Shown here: piece after piece, positions 43,779 through 50,494 of the stretch
How the letters are laid out: the number at the start of each line of letters is the position of its first letter
How positions within the stretch are numbered: the first letter of the stretch is position 1
IMG/VR virus record: IMGVR_UViG_3300031718_000015
Span: 1 to 50,494 of that record
Source of the DNA: a virus
Lineage: Duplodnaviria > Caudoviricetes
Strand: one strand, 5' to 3'
DNA: 50,494 nt
Program-made: the position numbers and the translations under genes
The notes under the pieces: model-generated
The model's input: the letters and a program-made list of their open reading frames with translations, nothing else
What the model was told of the DNA's origin: nothing
Databases searched by the model: none

Positions 43779-43786
43779 AATAGATA
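43762..43786. repeat. 25-bp quasi-palindrome, copy 8
   Basis: TAGCTATTGCAGGATGAAATAGATA; its last base is the A of the next ATG. Confidence 0.92.
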
Positions 43787-44805
43787 TGCCTTTATCTGAC
43801 GTAATTCTCGACAAGGAATGGTACGATAACTCGCTGGTCGACCTAATGTTGGCTTGCAAACGCAAAGCCTTCATTGCCAGAATCTACAACGGTGGTCTTG
43901 AAGCCGGTGTGGGTTATGGTGCTCTCTTCGGCACCTGTATGCACGGCTTTAGAGCCACTTACTATAGCTGGTGGGGCAAAGAGAGCGAAGAACGTCGCCG
44001 GCTTCGTGGCATGCGTAAGTTTCTAGAGCTTCACGAAGAACTCTTCAAGGGTCCGATGTTAGATACCCTCGATAGCAAGCACACCAAAGAAGCCGGCCTG
44101 GGTATGATTGATCACTATTGTGATAGTTATCTCCAAGAGGATACGCTCCTAAAGCCCATAGCGGTAGAGCTATCCGGTGCCATCGAGATCAAGCCCCGCG
44201 ACGGCGACCCTTTCGACTTCGTGCCCTTCTGGTACGCCTTTAAGATTGACGGTATTCACCAACGCCTTTCTTATGGTGATTATTGGGTCGCTGAGATGAA
44301 AAACACTGGTGGTGGTGTCGCACGTGAACTCAAGAAGCTCCGCTTATCACGTCAACCGACTGGTTATGTCTATTGCGCTCGTCAGTTTCCTGGCCCGCCC
44401 GTCTCTGGTTGTATGCCCGACGTCAATGGCGTGATGGTCAAGACCCGTGAATGCCAACGCGATTTCTACCCCAAAACTCAACGAGACACCGACCAGTGGC
44501 GCCTGGAAACCATCAACATCGTCGAAGACTGGCGACGAATAGCTGATCTCATAGAGCACCGTAATGAAAGTGACAAAAGACTCACCTTCGAGCAAATCCT
44601 CTCACTCTACTATCAAAATACCGCCGAGTGCACTTCATACGGTCTGTGTGCTTTCTACGACATCTGTCGAGATGGATTCTCTCCCGCGACTCTTGCGGCG
44701 TTTCGGCGTAATAGTTGGAACCCGCTCGAAGATCAAACGCACCTTGAAAGGAAAGAAATCAAAACAGCCGAGGGGCTAATGGAAATTCACGAGGTGACAC
44801 CCTAA
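43786..44805 (+). CDS. PD-(D/E)XK exonuclease (RecB/Cas4-like)
   Basis: DNS...CKRK, FGTCMH, VE..., KIDG...VAEMK, Q..GY, C-terminal C..YG.CAF..IC. Confidence 0.82.
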   Translation: MPLSDVILDKEWYDNSLVDLMLACKRKAFIARIYNGGLEAGVGYGALFGTCMHGFRATYYSWWGKESEERRRLRGMRKFLELHEELFKGPMLDTLDSKHTKEAGLGMIDHYCDSYLQEDTLLKPIAVELSGAIEIKPRDGDPFDFVPFWYAFKIDGIHQRLSYGDYWVAEMKNTGGGVARELKKLRLSRQPTGYVYCARQFPGPPVSGCMPDVNGVMVKTRECQRDFYPKTQRDTDQWRLETINIVEDWRRIADLIEHRNESDKRLTFEQILSLYYQNTAECTSYGLCAFYDICRDGFSPATLAAFRRNSWNPLEDQTHLERKEIKTAEGLMEIHEVTP

Positions 44806-45677
44806 TGCAATTCACGGTTGAGCAAATCGACAATCTACTCTACACCAACTTCCTAATAGTGGGTCCCTACAAAACCGGCAAGACCGAGAGCCTGGCCACG
44901 CTACATAAACTGCTAACTCGCAAGTGGGTCCAAGGCAAGAAGCTCCATGTTCATGACTTCGACGAGGGTATTCAACCCCTCATTCGAGTCGCTCGCCGCG
45001 AAGGTTGGATAAACGAGGTTGTTCCATTTCGTTACCCACGAGTTGGTGGTGAGAAAATCAAAGACGGCACAGGTATATTTCGAACCAAAGAACCCTACCT
45101 TGATTTTCTCATGTATGTCAACCGACTCTATGATCATGTCGATGCCACTGGTTCTCGTTGGAAAGACGACTTTGTTAACGACGCCCCTTATGCTATTGTG
45201 GTTGATAGTCTGACCGCGATTCAGGACGACATTATGGGCTTCACTCTTACCCTTCGTAACAAAGAACTTGGTGACGAACGAGTCGACGGTCGGGCCGAAT
45301 TTGGTCTGCAAATGGGTAAAATCGTCGAGACCATTCGCTCTCTACGTGCCTTACCTTGCTTCACCGTCTGGCTTGCCCACGAACAAACCAAGATGGGTAC
45401 TGTCAAGATGCCGAGTGCCCCAAAGGGTGCTCCACCCATTGCACCACGTGAGACCGGTATCATCAACAAGCTCCCACTAGTCACGGGCCAGCTTGCTGAG
45501 CGTATCGGGGCTGAGTTCGGGGCAGTGCTATTCACAATTGTGGAACCAGTATCATCCACACAATCCAATTACATGTGGATAACCCGCCCCGATGGTGAGA
45601 TTCGTGGCGCCGGCACACGGCTCAAAGAAGGGCTACCCCTTAAGATAGCCCAAGACTTCAACTTGGTAGTAGACTAA
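44805..45677 (+). CDS. AAA_24/Sak4-like recombination ATPase
   Basis: GPYKTGKT, DFDEG, IVVDSLT, LAHE; lies between the exonuclease and SSB-like genes. Confidence 0.78.
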   Translation: MQFTVEQIDNLLYTNFLIVGPYKTGKTESLATLHKLLTRKWVQGKKLHVHDFDEGIQPLIRVARREGWINEVVPFRYPRVGGEKIKDGTGIFRTKEPYLDFLMYVNRLYDHVDATGSRWKDDFVNDAPYAIVVDSLTAIQDDIMGFTLTLRNKELGDERVDGRAEFGLQMGKIVETIRSLRALPCFTVWLAHEQTKMGTVKMPSAPKGAPPIAPRETGIINKLPLVTGQLAERIGAEFGAVLFTIVEPVSSTQSNYMWITRPDGEIRGAGTRLKEGLPLKIAQDFNLVVD

Positions 45678-45952
45678 TGTTCTGTCTCGACTGCGGCTCC
45701 GAATCAACATCCCCAATCTGTCCCATCTGTGAGGCTCGTTCTAAACATGACCATGACCAATACATGCGCACCACGTGGCCCGCCGTCTTTGCAATGGGTC
45801 CGGCTAAACCACTTTTATTCACGCGTAACATAATTCAATCAGGACGCACAAAACATGCTAACGATCTCTCAAATCCTGGCCGAACTACAACGCCGAGTGG
45901 CGGAAATCGATCGAGTGATCTCGGTCCTCAACACGCTCAAGGAGCAAAACTA

Positions 45953-46465
45953 ATGGCCCGCATAACCAGTTCTGCTGAAAACACGGTCATCATGACAGCC
46001 TTCCCTGAATCAAAACTCATCTCGCACTTTAGTGCATATGAAGCCAAGGTGTCTGAGACACAAGAAGACGGCACCGGTGGCAATCCAATGCTCGTGTGTG
46101 AATTTATAGTCGACGAAGCCCCCTATAAAGATCGTCGCGTGGGCTTCTATAATGTCATGATCGGGGGCAAGACCAAGAAGGGACAACCCATGCCCATCCG
46201 GCAACTGCTCGAACTAATTGATGCTCTGGGGGTCGGCTGGACCACCAGTCCAGGCGGGCCACTCGTCGCGCGACCATTCAAAAAGGTCAAGGCTGATGAC
46301 GGATCATTCTTATTTGTTGATCCTGATACCAACCAGCGCATCGCGACCATTGAATACGACCCAGAGGACTTCAAGAACAAACAGTGTCGGGTGCAATACG
46401 GTATCCGCAAACAACAAGGCTCCGATCGGGCCTTCAACGAGGTGCGTTCGGTAGAACCTCTCTAA
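45953..46465 (+). CDS. DUF669-like single-stranded DNA-binding protein
   Basis: AAGGAG RBS before ATG 45953; GNPMLVCEF....PYKDR...DPEDFKNKQCRV...NEV. The in-frame upstream extension from 45677 (CxxC..CxxC) may be separate or spurious. Confidence 0.6.
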   Translation: MARITSSAENTVIMTAFPESKLISHFSAYEAKVSETQEDGTGGNPMLVCEFIVDEAPYKDRRVGFYNVMIGGKTKKGQPMPIRQLLELIDALGVGWTTSPGGPLVARPFKKVKADDGSFLFVDPDTNQRIATIEYDPEDFKNKQCRVQYGIRKQQGSDRAFNEVRSVEPL

Positions 46466-46591
46466 ACATTGTGAGCTGGCCGTTTTAACCCTCCCAGGTC
46501 GGCGGCCACTTGCATAGGGGTGTGGGGAGAGTTTGGCCCCACCAATCGACCCACACCCCGCTTTAATATTAGGATGTTGAGGTGAATAGCG

Positions 46592-46840
46592 GTGAGATGT
46601 CCGAATCCAACATGTCGTAGTGCACGAATCTCGAACCTTAACACATGGCAACCAGATGACGCAGGGATTATAGCTGAACTTCGTGGGCTTAATATCACCC
46701 GTCGCCGCAAGAAATGTGGTGCCTGTAATGAAGTGTTCTTTACCGTCGAATGTGACGAGAAGGACTTTCTTCATCTACGCCGCAAAACGGGCCGGCTTGA
46801 AGTATCTCAACCTTCAGTCCGTCCAGGTATGACTAAATGA
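46592..46840 (+). CDS. NrdR-like zinc-ribbon protein
   Basis: MRCP..C......RRRKKCGAC...FFTVE; GAGGTG RBS; no ATP-cone. Confidence 0.65.
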   Translation: MRCPNPTCRSARISNLNTWQPDDAGIIAELRGLNITRRRKKCGACNEVFFTVECDEKDFLHLRRKTGRLEVSQPSVRPGMTK

Positions 46841-48207
46841 GTGCCAACTATCATGACGTCCCGCTCAAAAACATCATCATCGGCGAACGCTTCCGAATCG
46901 ACTACGGCGATATGGACGGACTTAAACGTTCTATTGAGAAATTTGGCCTTGCGTTTGAGCCAGTCCTCTTGGACCGTGCAAACAACCTCCTCGCTGGCGG
47001 TCGTCGTTTCAGAGCTTACAGCGAGCTTGGTCGTGGCACAATACCTGCTATCTACCTTGACGAAGTCGACGAGATTCTCAAACGTGAAATCGAACTCGAA
47101 GAAAACATCCAGCGCAAAGAACTCGACTGGCAAGAAGCGGTCAAACTAGCTGATGAAATTCACCGTCTCAAGACGGAAAAATACGCGGGTCAGATGGCGC
47201 CGGCCCGCGACGACCTTACCAGCGGTCCAGTCCTTTCTGATGAAGAACGCGAACGCGCGCATCGTTCTGTCCCCGCTTGGACCCAAAACAACACCGCCGA
47301 CCTACTTGACATCTCACCTGCGAACCTCACACGCAAACTTTACCTTGCTCGTGCAATGGAAGTCATGCCCGAACTCGCTAACGAAGACAGCGAAAGCGCG
47401 GCTCTTAAAAAGATTGACCGACGACTTGAAGACCTGGAACGCGAGTATAGTTATCGTAGACTCAAACTCGAAGGGAAACTAAATGAAGAAGGCCAAGTCT
47501 TACTAGGAGATTGTTGTGAGCTACTCGAAAAGCTCGATGACAAATCCATCGACTGTATTATTATCGATCCGCCGTACGGAGTCCTCGAAGCAGGAGGAAT
47601 TGGACGATACGAACAACACTTCGACGATGACCCTGTTACAGCTATGCGAACTCTATCAATCGCAGCCAAAGAGCTTCAAAGAGTAGCTAAGGATGACGCG
47701 CACATCTACATATTTTTCGGCATCAAAATGTGGGAACAAACGCGTGGTATATTTACTAGCCTTGGTTTTGACCCTGATCCTATTCCCCTCGTGTGGGTTA
47801 AGACCACCGGCTCGGTCGTGGATTGGGACTTCCGCTATGCAAACTACTGGGAACCAATTCTGTTCATTAGTAACCACTCTCGACGCCTCGCATTTAAGCG
47901 ACCAAATGTTTTCCAATACGATTCCGTCGCAAACAACCTGCGAGCTAACGTTGCCGAGAAGCCAGTCGAGCTTATCAGTGAATTGCTACGACTGTCTACA
48001 AATGAAGGAGATTTGGTCCTCGACTGCTTTGCAGGGAGCGGGGTTGTCGGAGTAGCGGCCAAGCAACTTAAACGGCGATTCATTCTCATGGAGAAAGACC
48101 AATCACAATGGAACGAGATACAAGTGCGCTTGGCCGCTGTCAGTGCATTAGCGAGCGAAGAATTGACGAGCCAGTCTGCGAACAATTCGTCCCCCAAGGA
48201 ACAATAA
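46837..48207 (+). CDS. ParB-N / HTH / N6-N4 DNA methyltransferase fusion
   Basis: ParB: RFR..GDMDGLKRSI..G..P...LLAGGRRFRA, ELEENIQRKEL. HTH: WTQNNTADLLDISPANLTR. MTase: IIDPPYG, EKPVELI, VLDCFAGSG. Confidence 0.9.
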   Translation: MSANYHDVPLKNIIIGERFRIDYGDMDGLKRSIEKFGLAFEPVLLDRANNLLAGGRRFRAYSELGRGTIPAIYLDEVDEILKREIELEENIQRKELDWQEAVKLADEIHRLKTEKYAGQMAPARDDLTSGPVLSDEERERAHRSVPAWTQNNTADLLDISPANLTRKLYLARAMEVMPELANEDSESAALKKIDRRLEDLEREYSYRRLKLEGKLNEEGQVLLGDCCELLEKLDDKSIDCIIIDPPYGVLEAGGIGRYEQHFDDDPVTAMRTLSIAAKELQRVAKDDAHIYIFFGIKMWEQTRGIFTSLGFDPDPIPLVWVKTTGSVVDWDFRYANYWEPILFISNHSRRLAFKRPNVFQYDSVANNLRANVAEKPVELISELLRLSTNEGDLVLDCFAGSGVVGVAAKQLKRRFILMEKDQSQWNEIQVRLAAVSALASEELTSQSANNSSPKEQ

Positions 48208-48259
48208 GTCTATTCACCTTATTGTGTCTAACCTGCCGGCATTGGATATGGTGTCATAA

Positions 48260-48475
48260 ATGAGTGCCTTCACGATCGATAACATAAAACGTGCCCAAGA
48301 TAACTGGGAACGTCTCCACAAATACAACGACCAAACCTGGTGCACTAATTGGATACGTCAATATCTACGAGTGAATTGTGGATTTGTGGTTATTAGAACA
48401 CCCACAACAGCTGATAATTTAGAGTGGGACCTACGACAAATTTATGAAACGATTTGGAGACTACCATCCCGATGA
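48260..48475 (+). CDS. Hypothetical protein
   Basis: 71-aa ORF coupled to the next gene. Confidence 0.5.
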   Translation: MSAFTIDNIKRAQDNWERLHKYNDQTWCTNWIRQYLRVNCGFVVIRTPTTADNLEWDLRQIYETIWRLPSR

Positions 48476-48699
48476 AAATCTTTCTCTACGCTGACGAAGA
48501 TAACAACATGCGTTTCAATGCTGAAATCGCACGCGAATACATACTCGAAATCATAGGTGATGCCGAACCGCAACGCACACGTGTTATGAACATCAAAAAC
48601 TCCAAAGAACTCGCCAAGCACTTCTTCACGGCAGCTATTTTAGTTGCCCAAGATGAACGCGCAATCGAGATTTTCAAACACGGGAAGTTTTCAACATGA
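48472..48699 (+). CDS. Hypothetical protein
   Basis: GGAG RBS; ATGA overlaps on both sides. Confidence 0.6.
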   Translation: MKIFLYADEDNNMRFNAEIAREYILEIIGDAEPQRTRVMNIKNSKELAKHFFTAAILVAQDERAIEIFKHGKFST

Positions 48700-50494
48700 G
48701 CCAATATTACGTCGGGCCGGAAGGTCCGTTAAATGCTAAGTTAGCCATCGTAGCCGAAAAACCCAGTTACGATGAAATCGCACAGAAGCGTCCACTCATC
48801 GGCCCAACCGGCCAGATGTTAATGCGAATGCTCAATCGTGTAGGGTTAAAACGAGAAGATGTCTACCTCTCTAATGCAGTCAAACGTTTTGATGCTGTTG
48901 GCAATCCAACAACTGAAGATATCGCGCGGGAACAACCCAGTTTATTCAGGGAACTTTCTACGTTACCCAACCTTAATTGTATTGTGGCGTTGGGTAATAG
49001 TGCTCTCGTCAGTCTCAGCAATTTTCATTACAATGACATTGGACACCGTCGCGGGAGTAAGATTCTTGCTTTCAATCGTAAGAAGATGATCCCGACATTT
49101 CATACCAGTTATGTCGTCCAAGGCAACTGGGAAATGGGGCCGGTTGTAGAGTTCGACCTCGCACGAGCCAAGAAAGAAAGTGAGTTTCCTGAGATTCGCC
49201 GGCCCGAACGCTACTACAACGTCCTACCCACATTCCGAGAGGCTTGTGATTGGTTAGAACACCTAGAACAAGATGGTGAGTGGCTCAGCTTTGACATAGA
49301 AACGCGCAAGGCCGGCCCGCACATGAACTGGTATCTCTCGACCATCGCATTCGCTAGTGACCCCCGTGAAGGCTTCTGTATTCCGTTTAGTCTACAAGAT
49401 CGCAAGTCTTACTGGCCCATTGAACAAGAAGCTATCTTATGGAAACGCATTCAACGTCTCTTAGCTCTCTCAGGTAAACGTTATGTCACGCAAAATGGAC
49501 TATTTGACTGTTGGCATCTCTACCGTCATGGTATTACAACTCCTTATATGGCGCGGGGCTTTGATACCATGTACGCTCACAGGTATCTTGCTGCTGATTT
49601 GCCTCACGCCTTGGATTTTCTCGTTTCGATTTATACCGAGGAAGAATACTACAAAGATGAAAGTGGCAAACACGAAAGTGAATTTCGAGTAAGTGACGAG
49701 CAATTCCAAGTCTACAACGCCAAAGACGCCGCGATAACACTTGAGGTAGCATTTGGTGAAATCGAAGATATGAAGGAGTTGGGCTTGTATGATTATTATA
49801 TGACCCATCTCCAAACTCAATTCGACGTCTTACACGCAATGAGGGTAAATGGCTTTCATGTCGACAAGAAAAAGAAAAGTGAACTCATCGATCGATTTGC
49901 AGCCGATATCCGTAATCGAGAGGCGAGCATTCAGCAAACTCTTGGATGGGTACCCAATACTAAGTCACCTATTGACTTGTCCAAAGTGTTTGAGAGATAC
50001 GGGATTACTCCTAAGAGAACGCCATCAACTAAGCAACCAGTCATTGACGAAGAGCACTTGCTTTCGTACGCCCAAAGGTGGCCAGCAGCAAGAGATATTC
50101 TAACCGAGTTTATTAGAATTAATCAACAACGCACCATGCTCTCGATGTATGCGTTGATGACGACTGACCCTAAGGACTTCTACCACGCGAGCTATGACCT
50201 AGCGAAGGCCCGAACGCTACGCCTTGCGAGTGAGGGACCATCCGAGGGCCATCTATTACCCAAGAAAAAGAACGCCGGCCCGCAAATGCAGAACCAACCG
50301 CATTCTATGCGGGCCATGTTTATTCCTGATAACCCTGAACTCGACGAATTAACCCAATTTGATCTCAAACAAGCCGAGCCTCATGTCGTAGCTTGGGACG
50401 CCAACGACACCCTTTATATTAATGCCCTAATGACCAATAAGAACGTCCACAAGATAACGGCCTGTATAGTATTTAAGGCTTGGGACGCTAGTCA
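48696..50494 (+). CDS. UDG-like + 3'-5' exonuclease + family A DNA polymerase (805 aa when joined to the stop at 746; absent from the ORF track)
   Basis: Hand translation. UDG4-like IVAEKPS..E....PLIGPTG..YLSNAVK..VALG..PTFHTS; exonuclease FDIET, QNGLFD, DTM, YNAKD; polymerase LRLAS, QMQNQP, FDLKQAE. Confidence 0.9.
   Translation, partial: MSQYYVGPEGPLNAKLAIVAEKPSYDEIAQKRPLIGPTGQMLMRMLNRVGLKREDVYLSNAVKRFDAVGNPTTEDIAREQPSLFRELSTLPNLNCIVALGNSALVSLSNFHYNDIGHRRGSKILAFNRKKMIPTFHTSYVVQGNWEMGPVVEFDLARAKKESEFPEIRRPERYYNVLPTFREACDWLEHLEQDGEWLSFDIETRKAGPHMNWYLSTIAFASDPREGFCIPFSLQDRKSYWPIEQEAILWKRIQRLLALSGKRYVTQNGLFDCWHLYRHGITTPYMARGFDTMYAHRYLAADLPHALDFLVSIYTEEEYYKDESGKHESEFRVSDEQFQVYNAKDAAITLEVAFGEIEDMKELGLYDYYMTHLQTQFDVLHAMRVNGFHVDKKKKSELIDRFAADIRNREASIQQTLGWVPNTKSPIDLSKVFERYGITPKRTPSTKQPVIDEEHLLSYAQRWPAARDILTEFIRINQQRTMLSMYALMTTDPKDFYHASYDLAKARTLRLASEGPSEGHLLPKKKNAGPQMQNQPHSMRAMFIPDNPELDELTQFDLKQAEPHVVAWDANDTLYINALMTNKNVHKITACIVFKAWDAS
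50368..50494. repeat. Terminal overlap, copy 2 (identical to 1-127)
   Basis: Exact match to the window start. Confidence 0.97.

Noticed and set aside
868-43786. 25-bp repeats as a CRISPR array or as recombinase (lox/dif/att) sites
   Set aside because: Copies are kilobases apart with no spacers, their central bases differ (incompatible with crossover homology), and no recombinase was recognised.
43786-44805. Cas4 as part of a CRISPR system
   Set aside because: The exonuclease-Sak4-SSB context is a standard phage recombination module; there are no other cas genes or array.
50368-50494. 127-bp repeat as a biological direct terminal repeat
   Set aside because: It falls in the middle of the polymerase gene and its length equals a common assembler k-mer, so it is best read as a circularisation overlap.

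Overview
The window is an apparently complete, circularly assembled tailed-phage genome of 50,367 unique bp; bases 1-127 are repeated at 50368-50494. It has two divergent arms. The leftward late arm (~33.2 kb to ~2.0 kb) encodes TerS/TerL, secreted Thr/Ala-linker proteins, a lysis-like cassette, portal, a LAGLIDADG endonuclease, scaffold, capsid, podovirus-type tail and ejection proteins, and a PurD-like ATP-grasp ligase. The rightward early/replication arm (~33.5 kb through the junction to 2.1 kb) encodes RHH regulators, many small proteins, vWA, lysozyme, GroES, a PD-(D/E)XK nuclease, a Sak4-like ATPase, an SSB-like protein, a ParB-HTH-methyltransferase fusion, a UDG-exonuclease-PolA fusion and a DUF3987-like ATPase. 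I recognised no integrase, RNA polymerase, primase, tRNA or CRISPR array. Five unexplained structures stand out. (1) Eight copies of a 25-bp quasi-palindrome, TA(G/T)CTATTnCRnnnTGnAATAG(C/A)TA, lie 3-9 kb apart around the genome, mostly at gene junctions, in a phage encoding a ParB-HTH-MTase. (2) Six unrelated early proteins end in the same L-x-x-L-G-COOH tail. (3) A promoter-driven, highly paired ~360-nt non-coding region. (4) Tailspike-like proteins carry signal peptides and mucin-like linkers. (5) The PolA has an altered O-helix. All family assignments come from motif recognition by eye, not from database searches.
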